Source: Lama glama (Eukaryota). From it: 64,000 bases of DNA. The stretch lies in NCBI GenBank assembly GCA_028534125.1, contig CM052817.1, forward strand, positions 87,050,001-87,114,000, read 5' to 3'. Both the position numbers and the translations under genes were made by a program. Below, piece after piece: positions 25,367 to 36,720 of this stretch (the stretch's first letter is position 1; the number at the start of each line of letters is the position of its first letter). The notes beneath the pieces are model-generated. The model saw only the letters and a program-made list of their open reading frames with translations, was not told where the DNA came from and made no database searches.

Positions 25367-26621
25367 CAAGATTCTAAATTAGAATTCTTTTTAAATGCCA
25401 TTTCTCATATGCTCTGGGGAAAGTAGATGGGTCTTAAGTGTGCAAAAATAAACTCGGAATCTATACAAGTAATAGATTAATTAGTATGAAAGCCTACTTA
25501 GATGTTTATTATGCATTTGTCAGTCCAGCTCTATTAAGTTCATGTCTTTGTTTCCCTCTATACTAAAAAAAAAACCCCAAAACAAAAACCACCAACACCA
25601 TGTTTTAGCCAAGGAAGATAATTGGGAAAATACATCTTATATGCACAGGATGAAAATGCTCGGACAACTTCAGAGGTTATGAAACTGGTCACCCGATCCG
25701 CAAGAATATAACTGTCCATATGATCCATATTTTTCCAACGAACAGAATAAAAGCTGTCAAGATTATTTATATTTGTTCAGATGTTGGCTAGTAAGTGCAC
25801 TGGGCTGATGCAATTTACAACCTGGGATTTCAGAGTATTACGTGTTTCACTCATTAATTTTTTTCTTGTTTTGTTCTGGCATTTACTTCCTTGGCTCCTT
25901 TTACCACTAATTTATAAAGATGGCGGCCAAGACCATTGCCATCACCTATACTACATCTACAGCCAAACAAGAAGGAGCTTACCTATGACAGAAGTTGGCA
26001 CAATATCAGAAGAACAAAGATTATTATCCAAAACATTTATTAGCTTGAATCTTAGTAAAATACAACAGATTCTATCAAGTGATAATGGAGTTGTCTTGTT
26101 TCTCCCTCTCTTGCCAAATACTCTCTCCCTTATCTCTGAAATAAGTATTTAATATCCAAGCATTCAATATGATGCAATGATAACTCAGCAGATTACGTGT
26201 AAATATGAGTTTAGGAACTACAACATATCTAAAAGAGAAAGCTAATTTTGTAGATCTTGCTCAAGAATTATAAAAAGCCTCTAGTTCATAGTTATCAAAT
26301 AAGTGTAGATTTCTTACCATGTAGACAAGTTATTCTAGATGTAGAAAACTGCCTAAAATTACACACATCATCCTCCTGTGAAATTTTCTAAAATATTTCA
26401 CAATAGTTCATAAAATATGACTATATTAGAGATAGTTTTGTTAGTCAAGAGGTTGTGCCAAAACATTCTGTAGCATTATACTTTGAAAGAATGACACTCA
26501 ATATCTAAAGAAGGATAATTGTGTAGAATCATCCTAAACTTCAAATCTTTTTTTTGCAAGATGAAGGTACTTTAGGATGCCAAGGTTCTAAGTTAGAATT
26601 CTTTTTAAATGCCATTTCTCA
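25367..26621. repeat. Pair of 41-bp direct repeats (25367-25407 and 26581-26621)
   Basis: caag(a/g)ttctaa(a/g)ttagaattctttttaaatgccatttctca; 39/41 identical. Confidence 0.92.
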
Positions 26622-27964
26622 GATCTCAAGACAAAAGATCTCATATACTAGATCTAAAATAGGATATGGAACTCAGTACATTTAAAAGAGCTCGTGGGAT
26701 TCTAACAAAAATGGTCGTGAGCCATGTTTTATGAAGCTTTATAAATATCTTTTTCTGTACATTTTCTTTTCAGCTTGGAGAGTGTCTGGGTTGTTGAAAC
26801 TCCGACTACAAAGGTTGGATGCTATAAGGTGTAGCTTCCAGGTTGTTGGTGGGGAGAAGGGGGCAAGTGATCCAGTGGCCCCCATTCTGTGGTACAGCAT
26901 TACAGCTTCCTTCGCTTGTCATAGACATCAACATTTGGCTTTCAAAGGCGCATAATTGTGTTCATCAGTGCTCTGGACAAATCAACATCAAAATTCTGCC
27001 CCCTTTAATTTTTTCGTGCAGATGAGACATAATGGAATTTTCCAAATAACAATTTAAACATTTCAGAAGGATAAAAAGAAATATATATATTTAAATCTGT
27101 CTTGTGGAGCATAGGTTTTGAACCAGATCACAGTTATCTTTTATTTTAGAGATTACAAGTTTATTTCTAGAGGTAGTTACTATTATGTCTCAAAAGTCCT
27201 CCAAATTTCATATTCCCCACTAAAAATGACTCCAGTTTCAGTTGATACCTCCTACTCACAGGTGTCTGAATTTACCCTTTATTATCATATCCACAACAGC
27301 TCATCATAATACAATAATATTGTAGTATCTACTTAATAAAGAGACACCCATGCAGTAATGAGTTTTGATATTTCTGAGTCTAAACAAAGAAATAATAACT
27401 ATGGTGGTGAGAAACTTTATAAAAGGAAGACTGCTGTCTTTTTCTTTAATCCTCCTCCAAAAAGGAAGAAAAAATCCAGAAACACAAATTCTAGTTTAGG
27501 CAAATCTTAAAGTCACCTGTAAGAGTGAGTCTCAGTACATGAGGCAGGTCTGTCACATAAAGGATGGTCAAACCAGGTGTGGGAAGAAACTGACTGGTCA
27601 CCTGGAGTTTCATATCAGAGTGAGTACTTCCAAGGATGAAAGTAAATATTCTTTATTTAGAGGAATGGAATTGAATACATACCCTGGGCATGAGCCCTTC
27701 TGTGGATAGCATTTGGCACTCAGACTCTAGGGTAGCAATGGAGCAGAGAATAAATAATTAGAGAACATAAGGACACACCATCTTTGTGGGAGGAGAAATA
27801 TAGGTTTTGAGCAATCTGCCGGTGATGATCTCTATTGACCACAAACAAATGTACACCCTGTATAATATTGCTCTTCACCGTAAAGCGAAAAACTTTGTGT
27901 CCTTATATACGGCTCTTGGCCACTCAAATGTGTGAATCACTTGCAAACAGCCAACACAGAAAGA

Positions 27965-30840
27965 ACTCACAACATGTCATCATTTAGAGATTTGTAACAT
28001 GTAAAGAGCCTGGAAATCTTCAATTTTGTTCTCACAATAAGAAAAATTCTGAGCAAACTGAAATCAACAACTGTTCTTAGTTGTTGAGGTTGTAGAGCAA
28101 ACTGGAGGCTCCAAAAACTGGAGAGACAGGTCGATATGGAGAAGCATGGCTTACCAGGAGCAGAAAATATTGCTAGAGATAGAAACAAAAAGGAACACTT
28201 AAAAGATAAATAACTAGTTGCTGGAGACTAGCTGTACACTAGCTTGAGAGATAAAGGTTTCTGGAGGCTGAGCCTTAGGGGATGTCCTGTAATTTTGCCA
28301 GTTTTACTACCAGGAGCCTTACCAGGTTCTCAAGGTGAAGATCAAAGAAAACCTCCTCTTGCTTCTGGCAAGGGAATGGGAAAAGTAATGATTTTGCAGT
28401 AGCCCAGCGCTCTCTGCTCTCTTTAACAAAGGAGAAACTATTTACCAGGGCCTAACCAACCTGAGAGTAAGGGAAATACCCAGCTCCAGCCACGACTGGG
28501 CTTCTGTTCTTACTTTAAGTGCTGGAAAAAAAAAGGTGAGAAGCACTTATTATAATAGGGAAGAACAAATCTGACTCCATATTAGATGTTTCTTTTACTT
28601 TAACCTTTGTATTCTATTGCTTTTGCTACAGTTAATCACTCAAGGGATGTTACCCATAGCTTAAAGAATACATAATGGCCCATCTCCAGGAACTCTGACT
28701 CCTGTGTCTGAGCATGAAGCTAAAAGACCTTTGTTTAAGCTCACAGGGAGCATCCTGCCAAGTCTACCTATGAATGGCTGCAGGAAGAAATTAACACCTT
28801 CCCTCCAGATTCTGGCTAGAACCAGGAAATATTTGCAACAACTTACCACCTTTTTTACTTTACCTCATTGCCTCCCTCCCCCTTTTGCTTTATAAAAGAA
28901 CCTAGCATCCAGATGTGGGTAAGATAGCTTTTTGTGGCACAAGTCCACCATCCTTTTGGTCAGCTGGCTTTCTAAATAAAGTCACTATTCCTTGCTCCAA
29001 CAACTCGTCCCTTGATTTATTGGCCCGACGTGTGGCCAGAAGTATGAGTTTGGACTCAGTAACATTATGAAGGTCAAAGCCCAGGGTTACAGACCCACTG
29101 AAAGACTGAGACCTAATCATAGAGTTATGGAATGCTTCCTCTCTTCCCCACAGTTCATCAATAGGATCTATTTAGCTCAGTCTTCGTACCTGATACCCTG
29201 ACACAGCATGTCCAGCTTTCAACAAAATTTTCAATGCATGCTAAAAGGCAAAAGGCACAATCTGAAGACACAATGCAAGTGACAGAACCATAACCAGCTA
29301 TGGTCCAGATTTTGGAATTATTGGACTAGAAATTTGAAATAACTATGATTACTATTCTAAGGACTCTAATGTAAAAAATGGACGACATTCAAGAAGAGAC
29401 AGGTAGTGTAAGCAACTCTATAGAAGAATCAGAAAAAAATGGTTAAAAAAAAAACCACTGTAAAAGAAATGAAGAATGCCTTTGGTAGGATCTTCAGGAG
29501 TCTAGAAATAGTGTGAAAAGAATTAGTAACCTTGAAGCTACGTCAACAGAAACATCCCAAATAAAAAGCAGGGAAAAAAAGAGAGAGAGAGAACCGAGTA
29601 TCCAAAAACTGCTGAACAATTTCAAAAACGTGTAGCATATGCTTAATGGGAGTATTAGAAAGAGAAAAAAGAAGCAAACAAACAAACAAGATACTTGAGG
29701 TAAAATGGCTGAGAATCTTCCAAATTCAATAACAGAAGTCAAACCACAGATACAGGAAGCTCAGTGATTACAAGATAAATACCCCCAAATTTATACCTAT
29801 GCATATGATATTCAAGTGGCAGAAAAATCAAAGACAAACAGAAAATACTGAAGGAAGTCAGATAGATCATTTGGACTACAATGAATTTAAAATGATGAAA
29901 ATAACATCATCAAAAAAAAAAAAAACACAAAGACAACCCATAGTTGGAGGAAACATTTGAAAATTATATATCTAATAAAATATTTGTATCTAAAATATAT
30001 AAACTGTACGACTCAACAATAAAAAGACAAATAATCCAAATAATAAGTGGGGAAAAGATGTGTATAGACATTTCTCCAAGGAAGACACATAAATGATCAA
30101 CAAGCACATGAAAACATATCATCATTTGTCATCTGGGAAAGAGTCAAAACCAGAATGAGATACCATTTAATACCCACTAAGATAGCTATAATAATAATAA
30201 TAATAAAGACAGAAAATAGCAAGCATTGGTGAGAAAGCGGAGAGACCAGAACACTCTCACTGCACCTTTTATGGAGAACAGTTTGGCAGTTCCTTAAAAC
30301 AGTAGGCGTAGAGTTAACATATGACACAATAATTCTGTATTCAAGAGAAATGAAAATATATGTTCAACTCAAAAACTTGCTCACAAATATTCATAGCAGG
30401 ATTATTCATAAGAGAGACAAATAATTTGTCCATCAACTGATGAATAAGCAAGGTAATGTACATCCATAAAAGTAGATATTATTTAGCAATAGAAGAATTC
30501 ATAACATGCTACAAGATGAATGACCTGGAAAACATACTAAGTGAAAATAGCCAGTCACAGAAGACCACATATTATATACTTCCAGGTATATAAAATGCCC
30601 AGAATAGGCAAATCTATATAAAGAGAAAGATTACTGGTTGCCTAGGGCTTGGTGTGAATGTGGGAAGGGATGGCTAATAGGCATGGGGTTTGTGGAGGGT
30701 GGTGATAAAATATTCTCAACTTACATTGTGATGTGGTTACACAACACGGTGACTATAATAAAAGCCACTGAATGGTACACTTTTTATTGGTAAATTTTTA
30801 ATGGCATGTGATATATTACATGTTTAAAGATGTTTAAAGC
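27965..30840 (+). mobile_element. L1M (L1MB-like) element: 5'UTR/ORF1 joined to ORF2 end and 3'UTR
   Basis: ORF1-like aaatggctgagaatcttccaaatt…aaaccacagatacaggaagctcag; 3' region tagacatttctccaaggaagac…aaaatagccagtcacagaagaccacatatt…actgaatggtacacttt. Confidence 0.85.
28551..29064 (+). mobile_element. MER41-like ERV1 solo LTR (514 bp) inserted in L1
   Basis: …aaatctgactccatattag…tataaaa…aataaagtcactattccttgctccaacaac…tttggactcagtaaca. 4-bp TSD ttat at 28547-28550 and 29065-29068; the L1 sequence resumes across it. Confidence 0.85.
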
Positions 30841-30984
30841 AAACCATAGTGCATAATACCACCTGTAGCTGTGTGACAAGAAAACTACTTTGGAGATAGA
30901 CTATTAGTCTATGGCACTTGCCATCTTTATTTAAAATTAATTATTTCTTTTGCTAGAATGAAGCTTGGAAATCGTTCAGTATAC

Positions 30985-31075
30985 TTCCCTCCTTTTATAA
31001 TAAGGAAACAGAGGCCCAGAGGAGTTAAGAAGCTTTTGCACAAACTATTAAAGGCAATTTAATAGCAAAGCCTCT
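30985..31075 (-). mobile_element. MIR SINE core
   Basis: ttttataataaggaaacagaggcccagaggagttaag. Confidence 0.7.
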
Positions 31076-32809
31076 CTCACATCGTTGTTGTGTAGATTAA
31101 ATTTGGTAAAAACATTTGCAATTTATAAGGTGCTATGTCAATATTTTATATATATATATATTAATATAATGTTATATATAACATGTAATGTTACAAACAG
31201 AATAATGTTTTACTATTATTTATGACTTTATATATATGATACATTATTTAAGATAAAGATAAAAGATAATATTTCAGAATGATGAGCAGAATAGATTATA
31301 ACATAACAAATTGATAAAATTTCAATTTATATTCTTCTTATCCCTTACTCTGTCTCCTACCTGTACTCAAAAATTTTTGCAAGTGTTTGGAGAGCTTCTT
31401 GGTAGCAACTAATGAGATAGAGTATTATTTGGTTATTTTAATCTATGTTTTTAGAAGGAAATAAATTCTCTCTGGATTTAAGATAATATAAAAATCAAAA
31501 TCGATAGAGAAGATTACTAGTCTCAAATTGGTTTTAAAAGTTCTCACATGGATCAGGAGGGCCAGGGCAGTGAATTGAGTCTCCTCTCCTTAATGGGTTT
31601 TCCCTTATATTATTTAAAGTACTCAAAAAGAATTAATTCTTGTTGTGAAGAACATTAAAGAAATGGATCAATTTTTCCCTCAAAGGAGTTTTCAAAAACT
31701 CATTTGACCTTTGCCTTTTTGATTGTTCAAAATCCTAAGATATCTTTGTGTGTCTCTTGAGGTTTCTTTTTTCCTTCTTCCTTTTCAATATTTGCATTAG
31801 GCATTGGATTTTGCCTGGGGCAAGAACCTAGTACAGGAGGAATAGTAATGTTTTAAAAGCAACAGAATCTAATATGCACTTTTAATCTAACATTTAAATG
31901 ACCATTTTGTTTTTTCTTAAACAAATATGAATCCAGGTAGGAAATCTGGAGAACTAAGAATTGCAAGAATTAAACTTCTATAAATATTTCCGGAATGTTT
32001 CTCTATATTCAGGTCTCTGTCCATAATAATTACTTTCCTTGTTTTCCTGAAGATTTTTTTCCCTCAGTTTTCCTCTATGTAACTAAGGAAATACATGGAC
32101 ATTTTCACAGATGATAGTGACATACTCCTGCCCATATCACTTTGCTAGCACTCATGAAAAGATATCTTATTTCATTAAATCACCTGCCTAGGTGACTTTT
32201 CTATATTAAGGAAAAAAAATGTCTAGTTAATAGAAACTTGGACAAACTTATCTACCCTACTTTTATAAAGATCACTAAGGAATTTATTCTCAGATTTGAT
32301 TACTAATTGTAATTGAAAAGGTGGTCTCAACTGGATTAGGGTCTCCAGTATTATGTTTTTTTCCCACATACCTTGTGCCAGAGTGGAGAGTTTTGAGATA
32401 ATCAAGTACAATTTGAAAAATCATCAGTTACATGGGGTTAATAGAGATCTTAACCATAATTTTGAGTGATTCCTGTTTTCTTTAGAGATAAATTTTAAAC
32501 GAGATAAAGTTATTAACAAGATATAGCTCTTCTGTTCAAAAATTATCTTTGAAATATTGTATTTTCACCCTTCCTACTCTAAAAAAATCATTGCAAATCT
32601 GCTGCTGTGGAAATAGCAAAATTATATTAATTTTACTTAAAATTCAATTTTCTAGTCCATTTGTTCCAGGAATTATCACTCTACCCATGACACAACACTG
32701 CAGAACTGTATGACTCAAAAGTCAGAACGGATTTTTGAAATTTGTTAAATTTCCCTCTTTCTTGAAAAAAACACACATAATATTCCATTATCATCACCTT
32801 GAAGTCTTT

Positions 32810-32910
32810 AAGATCTGTAGTGATGTCCACTCTCATTCTTGATATTTGTCATTTGTGTCTTCTTGTATTTTCTTGAACAGTTTGGCCAGAAGCTTATCAA
32901 CTGTATCAGT
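32810..32910 (-). mobile_element. Old L1 ORF2 fragment
   Basis: gatctgtagtgatgtccactctcattcttgatatttgtcatttgtgtcttc. Confidence 0.7.
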
Positions 32911-33327
32911 TGTGTCAGTTTGATTCCTCCTAAAAGCAAAGACCAAGGTGGGATTTATTGTGCAAAAGAGTTCCTGTGGAAATATCCATGTAGTACAAAA
33001 GATGAGAAGGGAACAGAAATCAGCTGTGAAAACCTCCAGACCATAATGCAGCTCTGATGACTGTGAAAGGAGAAAGAAAAGGAAGGATTGGTTGGAAAGA
33101 CCTTCTGACAAAGTACATTTCTGAGAAAGTTTTGACCATGACAATGGGTTTCTGAATTAGAGAAATCTCGCTAGGTAGGAATGGGCCAGGATTGGTATCT
33201 TGTTTTGTCTTTAACTGAGAGTGATTCTTGAGTGAATGTCAACTGTGGTAAGGCCACCAGTCAGTTACACTCTCCACATTAGTTTTTCTTGAACAGGATT
33301 TGAGCAGAACACTTTCATGGATGCCAA
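32911..33327 (-). mobile_element. LTR16-like ERVL 3' LTR
   Basis: Same family as 16517-16972; the adjacent gtctacagcttgg resembles the reverse complement of the ERVL polypurine-tract junction. Confidence 0.75.
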
Positions 33328-34478
33328 GTCTACAGCTTGGACCAAAGAGAAGCACTTATCCAGGCAGATTCTGGGAGCAGCTCTTCCATGAATCCTGTGA
33401 GTCTCTCTTCCTGAGGAGAAATTGAGCAGAATGACGTTGGTAGGATGAATTACAGCCCCTATGGCAGTTGATCTTGGGGCACAACTGGTACTTCATTTAC
33501 TTCTTCCCATTGTATTCTAAGCTCCCCTCATGTTCATCCATCATATTGGCCGGTCTTCATGATTCCCTGATGGCATGACTCTGATGCCTGTTCTAAGTGA
33601 TCTGAGCCCTTGGTGGTCATACTGCCTCCTCAGACCAGCTTGCTGCACTTGTCCGTTCACTATTATAAACAGGCAAGGCACAACCAAGAGCTGCCCATAT
33701 AGATAACTTGTGTTCCATCTCTCTCCTAGTCACCATTGTGCAAAACTGACACAACCTCCTGTTGATCAGGGCCAATTATTCCTTCCAAGATAGTGACTCT
33801 TTTCTCAAACTAGAAAGTCCAAACTATCCTGCAGTAGTGGTATCTTTCAGATTAATGAAATCCTTGTAGTATTCTCTAGAAAGAGTGTGTATTCTTTGTG
33901 GACTAAAATTTCCAACCCCAGAGTTTCAGTACAAGAAGCAAAATATCCAACTGAGTTATTGACTGACAGCAAATGGGTCCATTCTTGTTTCCACTGATTA
34001 GTATCTGATTCCATGTCTTCTTCCTATTGGAGAAATAGTTCCATATAGATATAACATATATACTGCATCCTGAAGAATGATACACATCCTCTCAGGGCAT
34101 TGCTTCTATGTTGTTGCTTCAGCTGTACCTTCATTAGGCTATTCCAGCCCTCTGTGGGAACAATTGCTTCTGTGAAGCCCATGGTCATGGGCCTATTTTC
34201 ACACCTCCTTATCTGTAAATGAGGTTCCTTATTGGGTGCTATGTTATATGGGACCCCACACTTGTGGATCAAGCATTTTGTAAACATTTGTATGTTGGTT
34301 CTTGCTGAGGTTCTGCAGACAGATTGGAAAATCTATACCCAGAGTAGCTATCTTTCCCTGTGAGAAAAAAAATACTGAATCTTCTAGAATGAAAGAGTGC
34401 CAATTTAGTTAATTTGCCACTAATGGATTTGTTGATCTCCTTGAGAAATAGAGCTACGTCCCAGGACTCAGTGCTAAG
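33328..34478 (-). mobile_element. ERVL (HERV16/ERV3-16A3-like) internal region with decayed pol integrase
   Basis: Minus-strand frames FFLTGKDSYSGYRF, TKCLIHKCGVPYNIAPNKEPH and EGWNSLMKVQLKQQHRSNALRG resemble ERVL integrase (LTGIDTYSGYGF, ECLIHRHGIPHSIASDQGTHF, ERWNGLLKSQL). Confidence 0.85.
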
Positions 34479-34853
34479 CATCACTAATCGTCAGAGAAGT
34501 GCAAATCAAAACCGCAGTGAGATACCTCCTCACCTGTCAGAATGGCCATCATCAAAAAGAACACAAATGACAAATCTTGGCACGATGTGGAGAAAAGGGA
34601 ACCCTTTACACCATTGACAGGAATGTAAATTGGTGCAGCCACTGTGGAAAACAGTATGGAGATTTCTCAAAAAACTAAAACTAGAACTACCATATGACTC
34701 AGCAATTCCATTCCTGAGTATATATCTGAAGAAAACAAAAACACTAATTTGAAAAGATACATGCACCCCAGTGTTCACAGTGGCATTATTTACAATTGCC
34801 AAGATACGGAAGCAACCTAAGTGTTCATCAACAGATGAGTAGGTAAAGAAGAT

Positions 34854-34886
<33 letters not shown>

Positions 34887-35335
34887 GGAATACTACTCAG
34901 CCATAAAAAGAATAAAATTTTGCCATCTGCAGCAACATAGATGGATTTGGTGGGTATTATGCTAAGTGAAGCAAGTCAGACAGAGAAGGACAAATACTGT
35001 ATGATATAACTTATACTTAAAATCTGAAAAATGCAACAAATTAGTGAATATAACAAAAAAGAAGCAGATTCACAGATGCAGAGAACAAACTAATGATTAC
35101 CAGTGGGTAGACGAAAGTAGGTAGGGACAACTTAGGGGTAGAGGATTAAGAGGTACTAAATATTATGTACAAAATAAGCTACAAGGATATATTGTACAAC
35201 ATGGTGAATATAGCCAATGTTTTCTAGTAACTATAAATAAAGTATGTAACCTTTAAAAATTGTGAATCACTATATTGTAGACCTATAAATTATATAATTG
35301 TATACCAACTATACCTCAATAAAATTTAATAAAAA
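34478..35335 (+). mobile_element. Younger L1, ORF2 C-terminus and 3'UTR, with (CA)n at 34856-34884
   Basis: gcaaatcaaaaccgcagtgagatac…tggtgcagccactgtggaaaacagtatggag…aactatacctcaataaaa. Confidence 0.92.
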
Positions 35336-35344
35336 GATTGAAAA

Positions 35345-36720
35345 AATTCTATATATTATTGAGAACTTATTCATTCCTTTATTTTGTCAATTTTTCTTCG
35401 TGTATTTTGAAATTCTGTTATAGGAACATACACACTTATGATTCTTATCTGATGAAATGAACTTTTATCATCATGAACTACCCTTCCCTTTTTAAATCTG
35501 GCAATACTTTATGTTTTGGCTCTATTTTATCTTTTATTAATATTACCCTATCAGCTGTATTATAATTACTATGTTTTATTTTTCTCCATTCATTTGATTT
35601 TAGCCTATCTGTGTCTTTACATTTAAAGTGCATCTCTTGTAGAACATATAATTGGGTGTTGTTTTGTTTGTGTTTTTCTTTATTACTGATCTATTCTGAC
35701 AATTTATTTCTTTTAGTTATAGTTTTTAATGTAATTATTCATGTAGTTAAATTTAAATCTAGCATTTTATGTCTGTTTCTTTTCTTTAAATTTATGATTT
35801 CTACTGACCTATATTTATGTCATTCACTAATTTCTCTGTCAATTCCATGGAGAGATTATATCCAGTAATTTTTTTAATTTTGAAATTTGCACTTTCAGTT
35901 TCTAGAATTTGCCATTGACTAGTTTTACCATTTCTTTTTCTCTACTGATACTTCCTATCTTTCCCATCATTGTAAATATATTTTGTTTGGCTTCAGTGAG
36001 GAGAGTTATAATAATCCCTTTACAATCCTGGATTACTAGTATCAACATAATCATGTCAAATTTGATCTCGATTGATTTCTTTTCTCTTGAGAATGTGTTC
36101 CACCTTAAAAGTTCTTCTAACATCAGTATATTTGGAGTTTTATCCTGGACATCATGAATATTACAGAGTGTGGAGATTTTTATTTTGTTATTTTTTTTTT
36201 CAACGGGTGTTGTTTCTTTTCCTTTAGTGGGCAATTATCTCAGCAGAACTTGATCTATAAACTCTGTTTCTTATGTTAACAACTCTGGATGCAGTTGTGT
36301 TATTTTGTCTTTAGCAGAGTTAATTTAAATCTGTTCGTTCATTCCTGGTGCAGGAGTCAGAAGTTTTATTAGACAAAATTTAGGTATCTTCATCCTGGAT
36401 CTTTTTTTCTCTAAAATTTAACACTTCCTTCCAGCAGCCATAGTTTTCCTACCTTCAGTTTTCTGGTTCCCTTGAGAAAGATTATTATTTTATCTACCTT
36501 TACCCTGTCTCATCTCTCACATTTTCAACTGCACTCAGTCCCAGACCAACAGGCAAAAGAAAAGGAATCCCCTTTACATAGTAACCCTTTCCTCCTCTGA
36601 ATACATACACCCATCAAAGACCATGTGAATATATCCACCTTTTAGCACTATCAGATGGGTGCTTTTTGTACTATATTCAGATTAGAATACAAACCTATCG
36701 TTGTCAGAAGTAGAAATTAG
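35345..36720 (-). mobile_element. Old L1M fragment (antisense)
   Basis: T-rich antisense ORF2-start/ORF1-like sequence (tctttacatttaaagtgcatctcttgtagaacatataattggg). Confidence 0.65.

Noticed and set aside
34024..34484. Integrase-like ORFs as a domesticated gene
   Set aside because: Split by frameshifts, and the catalytic acidic motifs are degraded (SDQG reads PNKE).
34530..34883. 117-aa minus-strand ORF
   Set aside because: Antisense frame of an L1 3' region, starting in a (TG)n microsatellite.
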